Shown: positions 9,155 to 18,461, counted from the stretch's first letter. The stretch is 64,000 bases of DNA from Candidatus Pacearchaeota archaeon (GCA_018303845.1 JAGVXH010000004.1:197165-261164); one strand, 5' to 3'. Numbers and translations: made by a program. Notes: generated by a model not told the origin, from the letters alone.

Positions 9155-10633
9155 TTATATCCTATGTTCTTTTTTTGCCAACTCAAATTCCGCCTTTTCC
9201 TTAGGAGAAACATAGTACTCAATCTTCTCAACTATGTGTTCCAAGTTATGAATCTCCCTAATAATTCCCTGTGCCGGAGCAAACTCCCTAACCCAAAACT
9301 GTGAAGAAAAATGTCTGACATTGCGAACTTCATGTAGACGCTTAGCCCCATAAATGGCAATTCCAAAACGACATACTCCAGAAACTACAAAGATGAACAA
9401 CATAGAAGAATTCATAAAAGAAATATCCATCCAAGCAATAATTGAACCAAGTCCAGCTCCGACAAATCCACCAATCCCAATCAACAAATTCATATATGAC
9501 AAACCAAATCCTCGTTTCCTATTACTGACCGCGTCATAAACATAATTATTCAAAGCCAAATTGTAGCCAGCCCAACCAAATCCAGCGACAGCCGACGGTA
9601 CAATCAACAAATAAATTTTAACCATTAAACTGTTTTCAATCAAAATAGACGCAACCCAAAGAAAAGGAACAGCTCCTAAGATAAGAGAACAAATTCTCAT
9701 CAATTTAATATTCCCATACTTATCACTAAATTTTCCAAGCAAAGGCAAAAAGACCAATTGAAAAATAACACTAGCAACCGTAATTGCCATAAACCAAACA
9801 TATGAAAATCCCAAATCCCGAATCATATAGACTGCCCAAAATGGACTCGAAATTCCAACCGCAAAAGTAAACGCAGCGGCGAATAAACTAAATCTTCCAA
9901 ATGGTGTGTCTTTGCATCGCTTCATAAAATCCGTAAAAGAAAAACAATCTTTCTTTCGAATCTTAATCTTGGGCTCATAAGACCTTCTAAGTAATTCCCA
10001 TGACCAAAGTCTAGACGCTCCACTAAGCACAAAAAGAATTCCAAATCCAAGCAGCGTGAACCCAACAACATTCCCATAAAGTCCACCAGCTTTCTCCATC
10101 CCATCTAGAATAAAAGCCCCAGCAATCATACTCACAACACCAAAAAGTCCCACAATGCGATTCCTCTTAGAGAAATATTTTCCCCTCTTCTCTTCAGGGA
10201 CTAGTGAGCCCATCCAAGAAAACCAAGCAGGATGAATAATCGCCTGAAAACAGTAATGCAAACCAACAATCCCAATGAAAGCCCAAACCATATGTGGCAC
10301 TCCAATCCAATGCAAATACCCAATCAACAGCAAAGGAAACACGAGAAAAATTTTCCACATCACTCCAGTCAAAACAATCCTTCTTCGCGAAAACCTCTCA
10401 ATCAAAGCAGCTGCCTTCAACTGCACGATATTCGGCAACAAGCTAATAACAGCATGTAAAATACCCATCTGAACAACACTAGCTCCCATAGCCAAAGCAG
10501 CCGGAGCAAAATATGACAAACTAAAACTTGAAGCAATGGAGGCCGCCGCGCCATCTTGAACACTTAATTTCAAACTCCGATCAATCTTCTTTTGCACAAT
10601 AGGATGATCAGCCTTGACAACACCACTCTTCAT
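9155..10633 (-). CDS. MFS transporter
   Basis: About 12 TM segments arranged in two halves. An internal ATG (MKSGVV...) is preferred over the ORF-track start at 10681, which abuts tRNA-Gly. A TATA-like box lies about 27 nt upstream of this ATG. Confidence 0.75.
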   Translation of the reverse strand: MKSGVVKADHPIVQKKIDRSLKLSVQDGAAASIASSFSLSYFAPAALAMGASVVQMGILHAVISLLPNIVQLKAAALIERFSRRRIVLTGVMWKIFLVFPLLLIGYLHWIGVPHMVWAFIGIVGLHYCFQAIIHPAWFSWMGSLVPEEKRGKYFSKRNRIVGLFGVVSMIAGAFILDGMEKAGGLYGNVVGFTLLGFGILFVLSGASRLWSWELLRRSYEPKIKIRKKDCFSFTDFMKRCKDTPFGRFSLFAAAFTFAVGISSPFWAVYMIRDLGFSYVWFMAITVASVIFQLVFLPLLGKFSDKYGNIKLMRICSLILGAVPFLWVASILIENSLMVKIYLLIVPSAVAGFGWAGYNLALNNYVYDAVSNRKRGFGLSYMNLLIGIGGFVGAGLGSIIAWMDISFMNSSMLFIFVVSGVCRFGIAIYGAKRLHEVRNVRHFSSQFWVREFAPAQGIIREIHNLEHIVEKIEYYVSPKEKAEFELAKKEHRI

Positions 10634-10652
10634 AAAACCTATCCGACAGAAG

Positions 10653-10667
10653 AATATAAAAATATAA
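10653..10667 (-). promoter_or_regulatory. candidate TATA box for a leaderless MFS transcript
   Basis: On the minus strand it reads ttatatttttatatt, centred about 27 nt upstream of the ATG at 10633. No SD-like sequence lies between them. Confidence 0.3.
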
Positions 10668-10685
10668 CTATCCCAAAACATTTAC

Positions 10686-10757
10686 GCGTGGATAGTATAA
10701 TGGTTCGCATGTGAGCTTCCCAAGCTCGAGATCCGGGTTCAATTCCCGGTCCGCGCA
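10686..10757 (+). tRNA. tRNA-Gly (anticodon CCC)
   Basis: Acceptor GCGTGGA/TCCGCGC (one G-T pair), anticodon stem TGAGC/GCTCG with loop TTCCCAA, T arm CCGGG-TTCAATT-CCCGG, discriminator A. I could not fold the D arm cleanly by eye. Confidence 0.72.
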
Positions 10758-10818
10758 TTTATGGGGAATCAAACCCTGTGTGAAATTTGACTCGAAGAGT
10801 CATGCAGTTCACTGCCGA

Positions 10819-10829
10819 GGTCCGCGCAT
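10819..10829 (+). repeat. 11-bp duplicate of the tRNA-Gly 3' end (ggtccgcgcat)
   Basis: Identical to 10748..10758. It lies 61 nt downstream of the tRNA, the same arrangement as at tRNA-Ile. Confidence 0.7.
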
Positions 10830-10866
10830 AAATCAATAGAACCCTTGGGTTTAAAGGAAAACCAAA

Positions 10867-11228
10867 ATGCCAAAACAAATTATAATCCCAAAAATAAAAA
10901 TTACAGACAGACATCTCAGATGGAATTGGGAGCAGTCTCCAGACAACGACGAAAAAGCAAGATATCATTTTATCATAGTTGACAACAAAAGAAGAGAGGA
11001 ACTCAATTCCAAAAATTCGGTTCAGTAGAAATAACGAGAACAACAGAAGGAAAAGTCGAAGGCTCGCCTCATAGATATTTATTCAATTCTTTCGACATAA
11101 ACGTAGCACCCAGGGAAATAGATTTAACAAAATTAAGTTACCCAATCATAAAAGATAAAAATTTATACGAAAGACAAATAGGCTCCGTGGAAGACTACGT
11201 AATGAAATTATATTCAAAAAATAGTTAG
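10867..11228 (+). pseudogene. frameshifted small ORF (about 120 codons in two frames), unknown function
   Basis: Frame 1 runs from ATG 10867 to TAG 11026-11028 (MPKQIIIPKIKITDRHLRWNWEQSPDND...). The -1 frame is open from 10983 to TAG 11226-11228 (..FGSVEITRTTEGKVEGSPHRYLFNSFDINVAPREIDL...) and has no ATG of its own. The frames overlap at an A5 run (11011-11015). Confidence 0.35.
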
Positions 11229-11258
11229 TCTTTTATATCAACTAAAACTCAATATATT

Positions 11259-13091
11259 ATGGCAGAAAAATTTTACATAACAACACCAATATACTACCCA
11301 AACGACGTCCCACACATAGGTCACGCCTATACAACAATTGCAGCTGACGTCATCGCTAGATGGAACAAGCTCCAAGGTAAAGAGGTATTTTTCCTAACTG
11401 GAACAGATGACCACGGGAAAAAAATTCTAGAAGCGGCAACAAAAGCAAACAAAATACCAAAACAATTCACAGATGACCTAATTCCAGAATTCAAATCGGC
11501 ATGGAAAAAATTAAACGTGAACTACGATAGATTCATCAGGACAACAGACCCAGATCATGAAGCAGTAGTCCAGCAAATTCTCCAAAAATGCTTCGATAAT
11601 GGCGACATCTACAAAGGAGAATATGAAGGATTTTATTGCACAGGTTGCGAAGCCTATTTCACGGAAAAAGATCTAGAAGACGGTTGCTGCCCAATTCATA
11701 AAAAGCCAATCGAATTATTAAAAGAAGAAACCTATATGTTCCGCCTCTCAAAATACCAAAACAAACTTCTAGAACTTTACGAGAAAACAAACTTCCTAGC
11801 GCCAAGACATCGAAAACAAGAAATCATAAACAGAGTAAAAGAAGGACTTAGAGATTTAAGCATCTCAAGAAATTCGTTCAATTGGGGAATCCCACTTCCA
11901 TTCGACAAAACCCACGTAACATACGTTTGGTTCGACGCACTCTTTAATTATTATTCGGCAACTCGAGAAAAAGGAAAAGAAGATTTTTGGCCAGCAAATG
12001 TCCACATAGTCGGTAAAGATATCTTCTGGTTCCACACAGTATACTGGCCGGCATTCCTAATGTCAGCAGGATTAGAACTCCCAAAGCAAGTTTTCGCGCA
12101 TGGTTGGTGGACTTTAGATAAAGAAAAAATTTCAAAGTCACGAGGAAAAGTAATAAGTATCGACGAACTAATCGGAATTGCAGGCCTAGACTCCGCCAGA
12201 TATTTTCTTTTTCGAGAAGCCTCATTTGGAGAAGATGGTGACTTTAGTAAAGAAGCCCTAATCGACCGCCACAACAACGAACTAGCAAACAAACTCGGAA
12301 ACCTAATCTCAAGAACCTCGAGCCTAGCAGAAAAATACGGCATAGAAAAAATAGCATGCCCCAACCAAGATGAATCTAATATTTGTGAGGGTACAGAAAA
12401 CAATTTATTAAAAAAATTAAACTTAAAACAAATAGAAGAATATTTCGAAGAATACAGGATTGACAAAGCCCTCTCCGAAATATTCGCATTCATAGACCAT
12501 TGCAACGAATTCGTTCAGCATGAGAAACCATGGGAAACCCACGACACCAAAGTCCTTTACCAGCTGGTAGAATCAATCAGACAAATCGCAAAACTCCTAT
12601 CCCCCTTCATTCCAGACACGGCAGAAAGAATCCAAGAAGTATTTGCCAAAGACCAAATCAAAAAAGCCCCAATCCTTTTCACAAAAATAGAAACATCAGA
12701 ATCAATTAGCCCAAAACTTAATAATACAGAAATCCCAAATAAAACAATGGAAAACGTAACCACAATCCAATTCGAAGACTTCGCAAAACTAGACCTTCGC
12801 GTAGCCGAAATAGAAAACATAGAAGACATCCCAGGTGCCGACAAATTATACAAACTAACACTAGGCGTAGGCGAACTAGGAGAAAGAACAATCTGCGCCG
12901 GAATAAAACAATTCTACAATCACGACGACCTAAAAGGAAAAAAAATAATAATCATAGCAAATCTAGAACCCAGAAAACTAAAAGGAATAACTTCACAAGG
13001 AATGCTTCTTGCCGCCTCGACCAAAGACAAAAAAACCGTCTCCTTAATATCTCCAGACTCTGACATTGCCCCAGGCTCAACAGTTGGCTAA
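11259..13091 (+). CDS. metG: methionine--tRNA ligase with C-terminal tRNA-binding (EMAP-like) domain
   Basis: HIGH motif (PHIGHAYT), KMSKS variant (KISKSRG), Zn knuckle CTGCEAYF...CCPIH. C-terminal DLRVAEI...KLYKLTL...GMLLAA domain. Confidence 0.95.
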   Translation: MAEKFYITTPIYYPNDVPHIGHAYTTIAADVIARWNKLQGKEVFFLTGTDDHGKKILEAATKANKIPKQFTDDLIPEFKSAWKKLNVNYDRFIRTTDPDHEAVVQQILQKCFDNGDIYKGEYEGFYCTGCEAYFTEKDLEDGCCPIHKKPIELLKEETYMFRLSKYQNKLLELYEKTNFLAPRHRKQEIINRVKEGLRDLSISRNSFNWGIPLPFDKTHVTYVWFDALFNYYSATREKGKEDFWPANVHIVGKDIFWFHTVYWPAFLMSAGLELPKQVFAHGWWTLDKEKISKSRGKVISIDELIGIAGLDSARYFLFREASFGEDGDFSKEALIDRHNNELANKLGNLISRTSSLAEKYGIEKIACPNQDESNICEGTENNLLKKLNLKQIEEYFEEYRIDKALSEIFAFIDHCNEFVQHEKPWETHDTKVLYQLVESIRQIAKLLSPFIPDTAERIQEVFAKDQIKKAPILFTKIETSESISPKLNNTEIPNKTMENVTTIQFEDFAKLDLRVAEIENIEDIPGADKLYKLTLGVGELGERTICAGIKQFYNHDDLKGKKIIIIANLEPRKLKGITSQGMLLAASTKDKKTVSLISPDSDIAPGSTVG

Positions 13092-13094
13092 AAA

Positions 13095-13463
13095 TTATTC
13101 TCTTAAAACAGCAATAAGATTACCACTTTCATCAACTTCCTCCACTCTGGAGTTATATTTTTCTGCAAATATTATAGCGTCTTTTCTGGTACAATTAGCT
13201 AATTTTTCTAAAACGTCTTTATTTCCATATTCATCAGGTCTGATGATACCCAATACAGTTTTAATCTCTTTCCCGAAATTGCTGACATGAATACGTTGTA
13301 CTAAACCATAATCATCATTTCGTTCAGTAAAATCAGGAATACTGGACACATGAAAATAAGAGTGAGTATTGTTCCCCTCCCCTTGTATTCTCCACATCCA
13401 ACATGTAAAAATATCGTAACCAGGAGGAGTCACTTCGATAGTAGGACCTTTTATCTTGTTCAT
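13095..13463 (-). CDS. hypothetical protein
   Basis: The ORF is open to 13511. The ATG giving MNKIKGPTIEV is preferred. No motif recognised. Confidence 0.4.
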   Translation of the reverse strand: MNKIKGPTIEVTPPGYDIFTCWMWRIQGEGNNTHSYFHVSSIPDFTERNDDYGLVQRIHVSNFGKEIKTVLGIIRPDEYGNKDVLEKLANCTRKDAIIFAEKYNSRVEEVDESGNLIAVLRE

Positions 13464-13517
13464 GGGATTATCAACCTTAAGATACTTTATAACAATTATT
13501 ATACTTAACAATTCAAA

Positions 13518-13545
13518 AATCCGTGTAATCTGTGTAATCTGTGGC
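13518..13545 (+). repeat. triple 9-nt repeat family, copy b (aatccgtgtaatctgtgtaatctgtggc)
   Basis: Three tandem 9-mers in the gap between the stop of minD-like 13552..14304 and the start of 13095..13463. Confidence 0.85.
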
Positions 13546-13551
13546 TAAAAA

Positions 13552-14304
13552 TCACCTTCCAAAAACCCTAGAAAAAAACCCAACCCTCTCAACAACCATC
13601 TCCCCATTCACCTTCCGCGCAATCTCCAAATACTTCCGTGCAACCCGACTTCTAGGATGCGTATGCGAAACAGCATCCCTCAAATTCAAAGCCTCTTTAA
13701 CAGCCTTATCCTCAGGAACAACACCAATAATTTGTGCCTCAAGCATCGACTTAATAGAACTTAAAGGCATCTCATATTTCGCATCAGCATGTCGAGTAAC
13801 AATCACTCCATTAATTTCCTTGCCCATTTCCCTCGCAACCTTAACAGCCTTAAGCGCGTCAGTAACAGCTGGCATCTCAGGATTTGTAACAATAATAATT
13901 TCATCAGCACATTCCAAGACAGCAATAACTTCTTCCCCGAAACCAGCAGCAGAATCAATAATTACATAATCGCAAAGTTTTCCCAAAGCCTGAGTAATCT
14001 CTGGCAACTTCTTAACATTAAATTTAGTCAATTCCTTAATCGATAAACTCGACGGAACAATCTTCGTTCCAGAATGATGCTCGTAAATAGCGTCTTCAAT
14101 CTCAGCCTTCCCTTTCAAAACGTGATTCAAAGTAATAGGAACAATCGGAGCACCAAGTTGCAAACCAATGTTTGGCGTGTTCAAATTAGCATCAACAATA
14201 ATAACTTCCATCTTCAGTTTATTCAAACTCACACCCAAATTAATCGCAGTAGTAGTCTTCCCGACGCCGCCCTTCCCCGAATTTATCACAATTATCCTTG
14301 CCAT
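13552..14304 (-). CDS. minD: MinD/ParA-family P-loop ATPase
   Basis: Deviant Walker A SGKGGVGKTT near the N-terminus. 250 aa, MinD-like layout. Confidence 0.88.
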   Translation of the reverse strand: MARIIVINSGKGGVGKTTTAINLGVSLNKLKMEVIIVDANLNTPNIGLQLGAPIVPITLNHVLKGKAEIEDAIYEHHSGTKIVPSSLSIKELTKFNVKKLPEITQALGKLCDYVIIDSAAGFGEEVIAVLECADEIIIVTNPEMPAVTDALKAVKVAREMGKEINGVIVTRHADAKYEMPLSSIKSMLEAQIIGVVPEDKAVKEALNLRDAVSHTHPRSRVARKYLEIARKVNGEMVVERVGFFSRVFGR

Positions 14305-14431
14305 CTATTTTATTTCTTGTTATCAACGGTGTTCCCTTTCCCGTTTCTAACAAATGTGTATCTACCAGAAAAGGTTGCTTTATAAATTTTGTTAACTCGA
14401 GGGCTAAGAGAAATATCCCGAAAATCAACAA

Positions 14432-14899
14432 TCACTTAGAAAGAATAGCCTTAACCCTTATCATAAAAGCTTCAACAACATCATAATATTCGCTCAACTT
14501 TTCCATATTAATATCAACATTTTTAGTGGGGGTAACAACAATCTTCAAATTTACATTTTTCCGAAATTCCCCACTCCGAACCTTCTTTAATTCCGGAACC
14601 CTCTTGAAAAAAACATAAAGCGGAACAACCTTCTGAATCGCATCATCCTTAGAAAAATACTTATTAATAAATTCAATTCTCTGTTTAGGCGTAGCATGCA
14701 TACAGGCAATTGACCCATCTTCACAACCTTTCTCTAAAATAGCATCAAAAGAAATCTCAATCAAACTTTTCCATCTAGCCAAAAGATTCAAAATTACATC
14801 ACAAGTCTTTGTGTACTTTAAGCTCACATACATCAAATGGTCTGCACTAGTTTTTTCCTTGATAATTTCTTCATCCATAATTTTGCCCTCCCTATGCAA
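14432..14899 (-). CDS. hypothetical helical protein (paralogue of 14915..15340)
   Basis: 155 aa. It shares its length and a loose pattern with its neighbour (N-terminal helix A.HL.VS.., later K.R/K..EF.K...L). Confidence 0.5.
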   Translation of the reverse strand: MHREGKIMDEEIIKEKTSADHLMYVSLKYTKTCDVILNLLARWKSLIEISFDAILEKGCEDGSIACMHATPKQRIEFINKYFSKDDAIQKVVPLYVFFKRVPELKKVRSGEFRKNVNLKIVVTPTKNVDINMEKLSEYYDVVEAFMIRVKAILSK

Positions 14900-14914
14900 C
14901 AGGAACGAACCGAA

Positions 14915-15340
14915 TTACCTTTTTATATCTGTCGGAAAACTGCTAACAATATCGCTAACAGACTCAACAAATTCTCGAAGTCGCGAAACCTTCAAAATCT
15001 TCCAATCCCCATTAACTTCCATCAGCACCTCATCTTTCCTAGCAAATTCAACTTTACAAATTCTCTGTGCCCTCTCCACTTCCAAAATATTTACCAAATT
15101 CAAAACAGCAATCTCATTCAAATACTTCGGAGCCACTTTATCCACAAACGTTTTCAAATTCCCTTTCACTCCTTCCCTGATTAAAAATGCCCGAACTAAT
15201 TTCCCAGCAGCCTTCGCCCCCTCACGAATCACCCCGACCAAAACCCGCTTTTCCGCATACTCTTCGTAAATCCCAAGCATCCGCTGTGCCACACTCAAAT
15301 GATACTTAGCCTCATAAAACTCAAGCAAATAATCCATCAA
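14915..15340 (-). CDS. hypothetical helical protein (paralogue of 14432..14899)
   Basis: 141 aa, in tandem with and on the same strand as 14432..14899. Confidence 0.5.
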   Translation of the reverse strand: MMDYLLEFYEAKYHLSVAQRMLGIYEEYAEKRVLVGVIREGAKAAGKLVRAFLIREGVKGNLKTFVDKVAPKYLNEIAVLNLVNILEVERAQRICKVEFARKDEVLMEVNGDWKILKVSRLREFVESVSDIVSSFPTDIKR

Positions 15341-15387
15341 CCATTAATTAAAAACTTCTTTATATTAATTATCGTGATAAGAAACAA

Positions 15388-15717
15388 CTAACTCTTCAAC
15401 TCCATTATCGCCTCAGCAATATCCCCATCAACTTTTTCCAAAGCTTCCCGAACCTCATCTTCACTCTTTCCGGTCTGCCCCATAACCATCTTCACGTCAT
15501 CCTCACTAAAACTTTCAGCCTCTTCCTCAACAACGTCCCCAGTCACCTGAAAACTTACCTGCCCTTGCATCTTAATCTTCATAACATTAGGATTCTCAAT
15601 AACCAAATTTCCATCCGCCATTTCAAAAACAACACGTCTCACCGGCAAATCCTCTTGGCTAATCCCCATCTTCTTCATCATTCCCTTCATCTGTGCTGGA
15701 TTCACTCCGCCAAACAT
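15388..15717 (-). CDS. nac: nascent polypeptide-associated complex protein (NAC + UBA)
   Basis: MFGGVNPAQMKGMMKKMGI N-terminus, NAC beta-barrel (VVFEMADGNLVIENPNVMKIKMQGQVSFQV), C-terminal UBA-like EDEVREALEKVDGDIAEAIMELK. Internal ATG chosen. Confidence 0.85.
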   Translation of the reverse strand: MFGGVNPAQMKGMMKKMGISQEDLPVRRVVFEMADGNLVIENPNVMKIKMQGQVSFQVTGDVVEEEAESFSEDDVKMVMGQTGKSEDEVREALEKVDGDIAEAIMELKS

Positions 15718-15718
15718 C

Positions 15719-15832
15719 TTATCCGTAAAACATACGAAGTCCAACAACCAAAATAATCGTCGCGATAATCATCCCGACAACAGCACCTGGTCCAAACTTC
15801 AATTTAGAATTATATTCTTCGTTATAACGCAT
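15719..15832 (-). CDS. possible 37-aa single-TM micro-protein
   Basis: MRYNEEYNSKLKFGPGAVVGMIIATIILVVGLRMFYG. Its stop codon ends 1 nt before the NAC ATG. Below the ORF-track cutoff and unverified. Confidence 0.25.
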   Translation of the reverse strand: MRYNEEYNSKLKFGPGAVVGMIIATIILVVGLRMFYG

Positions 15833-15955
15833 CAACCCACCAAAACCGGAGGGCATCGACATTGTATTATCAGCCATATTAAAAACAAACACATATAGTT
15901 TATAAGTTTTCCGAACGAATTTTCGTCTTCGACAAATAATCTCAAAACAAAAACA

Positions 15956-16003
15956 TTTAAATATAACATTCTCGACAATAAAACAACTAAGGGAGAAGGA
16001 GGT
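15956..16003 (+). promoter_or_regulatory. candidate TATA box (tttaaatata) plus strong SD (gggagaaggaggt) for the pilin gene
   Basis: TATA-like 15956-15965. The GGAGG-containing purine tract 15991-16003 ends 4 nt before ATG 16008. Confidence 0.4.
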
Positions 16004-16007
16004 AAAA

Positions 16008-16448
16008 ATGTATAAAAAAAGAGGACAAGCAGCTTTGGAATTCCTAATGACATACGGCTGGGCAATTCTATCAGCAATTATCGTTATTGGAGCACTCGGA
16101 TCATACTTCTACTTTAATCAAGGAGGTACTACTACCGTGGTAGTAAATGCACCATTCTACGGAGTATCAGCTGCAGCAACTACAACTACTCTAAGCCTAG
16201 AAATAGCAAATAAAGGCGGAGAAGACTTGAATACAGTATTAGTTAATGTAACTGGAAATGGACTTGGATGTACTCAACAGACTATAGCTAGTATGGCTGG
16301 AGCATCGCAAGAAGTTGTTGCAATACCTTGTGCTGGTTTAGGCGCATCTGGCTCTGCAGTTAAGGGAAACATTGAGATATCATATCTAAGAGCAGGTAGT
16401 ACGCTTCCATTAACAGTCACAGGATCGGTTTCAACATCTGTTGCATAA
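16008..16448 (+). CDS. archaeal type IV pilin-like protein (class III signal peptide)
   Basis: MYKKRGQAALEFLMTYGWAILSAIIVIGALG. This is a K/R-G-Q prepilin-peptidase-type site, a QxxxE pattern and a hydrophobic helix, followed by a Thr/Ala/Gly-rich beta region. Confidence 0.78.
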   Translation: MYKKRGQAALEFLMTYGWAILSAIIVIGALGSYFYFNQGGTTTVVVNAPFYGVSAAATTTTLSLEIANKGGEDLNTVLVNVTGNGLGCTQQTIASMAGASQEVVAIPCAGLGASGSAVKGNIEISYLRAGSTLPLTVTGSVSTSVA

Positions 16449-16451
16449 ATT

Positions 16452-16492
16452 GATTTTATTTAATTTTTACTTTATTATTTTTTATTTTTTAA
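16452..16492 (+). terminator. T-rich tract, candidate archaeal intrinsic terminator
   Basis: Several T5-T6 runs immediately after the pilin stop codon. Confidence 0.3.
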
Positions 16493-16574
16493 TCCTAAGT
16501 CGAGAGACTCAAAAATCAAAAACTAGAAAACAACGTACAATAATTTTTAATTTTTAAAATCCAATTTTCAATAT

Positions 16575-17441
16575 CTATTTCATCTGAAATCTATGCAAAC
16601 TTCCAGGATAAGGCCTACTGGAAACATTAATACCAGTCCCTTGACAAATTTTGTAAGAATAAATGCTTGTGGAATGATTTGTTCCTCTCATCTTGTAAAC
16701 CTCTAAAAATCTCTCTCTCTCTTTTTTAATCCTAGTAAAATAAAGCAGTATCAAAGAGTCCGCCTCAAACTCCAAAATTCTTGATGATTCTCTTTTGTCA
16801 ATTAGCGGATCCCTTTCATAAATTAAAAGCGAAGTGCAAGTCCAACTTCTCAAAAGTGAGAACAAAGCAAGTGTCTTTTCTCTCATTTCAACATCTCGAT
16901 CAAACAACATAACAAAAGCTGTAATACTATCAATTGCAATTCTTTTAATTTTCTTTGTCAAAACAATTGTCTCAATATCTCCGCCACCTTCTTCAAGCAT
17001 AGTTCTAATTTTTTCTGGCGTATATGATAAAAAGAAAAATTTCCCATTCTTTTCAGCTTCTTCTAAATCCCAGCCAAGTTCCGACATATTAATATAAAAT
17101 TCTTTCTTTTTCTCTTCAAAAGAAACATATAAAACATTTTCTCCTTTCTTCAGCCCTTCAATTAAAAATTGCGTGGCAAAAATAGACTTTCCATTCCCAC
17201 TTCCTCCGACGAGCAAATTAGTAGAATTTTTCTCGAAACCTCCCTCAATAACATTATCTAAATTGGCAATTCCAGTAGAAACTCTTTCAATATTATGCTT
17301 AGGTTTCTTTTTATTCAAACGACGGGATGTCCCAAGTTTACTTACTCCAATTTTTAAGTTCACTTTCTTTCCATCTTTAGCGATAACCCTCTTAGAAACC
17401 TTTTTCACAACCCTCTTAGAAACCTTTTTCTTAGTCACCAT
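16575..17441 (-). CDS. KaiC/RecA-superfamily ATPase (FlaH-like) with Lys-rich N-terminal extension
   Basis: GIANLDNVIEGGFEKNSTNLLVGGSGNGKSIFATQFLIEG (KaiC-type Walker A context). Walker B-like RIAIDSI. About 55 aa of K/V-rich N-terminus. Confidence 0.8.
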   Translation of the reverse strand: MVTKKKVSKRVVKKVSKRVIAKDGKKVNLKIGVSKLGTSRRLNKKKPKHNIERVSTGIANLDNVIEGGFEKNSTNLLVGGSGNGKSIFATQFLIEGLKKGENVLYVSFEEKKKEFYINMSELGWDLEEAEKNGKFFFLSYTPEKIRTMLEEGGGDIETIVLTKKIKRIAIDSITAFVMLFDRDVEMREKTLALFSLLRSWTCTSLLIYERDPLIDKRESSRILEFEADSLILLYFTRIKKERERFLEVYKMRGTNHSTSIYSYKICQGTGINVSSRPYPGSLHRFQMK

Positions 17442-17512
17442 ACATCATAATATTAAATCATATATAAAAACATTCCGCCAATAACCATATTTTAAAAATA
17501 ATTAGAGAATAA

Positions 17513-18415
17513 TTAAGCCAGTCCGCCCATAAGTACGCCCAATATTTTCCCCAAGGCAAAAAATATACCTAAGCTCAAAATCAACATGGCAGGCAGATAC
17601 CTTAATCCTTCTTTCTCGTCTCCTTTACTCACCAGGCCTAAGACAAGCGCAGCCATAACATCCATTACAATAATAAAAAAAAGTGAAAAATAAAAAATAA
17701 AAGTAGTAGAAATACTAATCGCAGAAAAAGAAATAGGAATATTTTGTGGCATAGAATCCGTATTAACATCAGCCATTAATTCCGTCATGGTTTCAACCAA
17801 AACTCCACTAAGCGAAAAAAGCCCAGGTGCAAAAACAGAAACTGCTAAGAAAATAAAAATCACATACATCAAAACTTGCGATGCCGCCTTCTTTTCAACA
17901 AATTCTCGTTGCCTCATATTTCGCGAAGTTTCCTCAAGCAAAATCGCTAAATCCCCTCCGGCACGAATCCCGGACAAAATAATTGAGAGCGTCTTATCAA
18001 TCTTTTCAGAATTAATTCTTTTAGACATAACTCTAAGCGCAATATCAACCGGCTTTCCCGTGGAGATATCTTTCCCGGCTTGCATAATTTCTTTATCAAG
18101 TGGGTCAAACTCAGGTCGAGCACTAAGTAACATGGCACGGTCAACAGTCATTCCAGCTCGTAAATTACTAGAAACCAAACTTAAAAAATCGGGGAAAACA
18201 TCCTCTATCCTTTTAATACGAGCAGTTTCTTTTAGCCCATTCATAAATCTTAAGCCAAAAAAGGTTACAGCCCCACCAATCCCAAATCCGATTCCAGTTT
18301 GAATAAATTCCCCATAAATAATATATGTAATCAGTCCAACTATCAAAGCAAGAATACCAGAAATTAAAATCCTTTTCCGATCTTCCAAAACTTTTTCTCT
18401 ATCCTTTCCTCTCAT
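17513..18415 (-). CDS. type II secretion system F-domain platform protein (TadC/EpdK/FlaJ-half-like)
   Basis: 300 aa. N-terminal TM pair, cytoplasmic helical T2SSF-like domain, C-terminal TM cluster. Adjacent to the secretion ATPase. Confidence 0.72.
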   Translation of the reverse strand: MRGKDREKVLEDRKRILISGILALIVGLITYIIYGEFIQTGIGFGIGGAVTFFGLRFMNGLKETARIKRIEDVFPDFLSLVSSNLRAGMTVDRAMLLSARPEFDPLDKEIMQAGKDISTGKPVDIALRVMSKRINSEKIDKTLSIILSGIRAGGDLAILLEETSRNMRQREFVEKKAASQVLMYVIFIFLAVSVFAPGLFSLSGVLVETMTELMADVNTDSMPQNIPISFSAISISTTFIFYFSLFFIIVMDVMAALVLGLVSKGDEKEGLRYLPAMLILSLGIFFALGKILGVLMGGLA

Positions 18416-18461
18416 GGTTTAACTCTCCAGATTGTCCAAAACTTCAGTCTTTTATGCGGCA

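Noticed and set aside
10759-11043. 94-aa minus-strand ORF downstream of tRNA-Gly
   Set aside because: It overlaps the tRNA 3' duplicate and runs antisense to the more coding-like, frameshifted + strand frame. It is hydrophobic and low-complexity with no motif.
15832-16077. 81-aa minus-strand ORF overlapping the pilin gene start
   Set aside because: It covers the pilin promoter, SD and first codons on the opposite strand. No support for it beyond being open.
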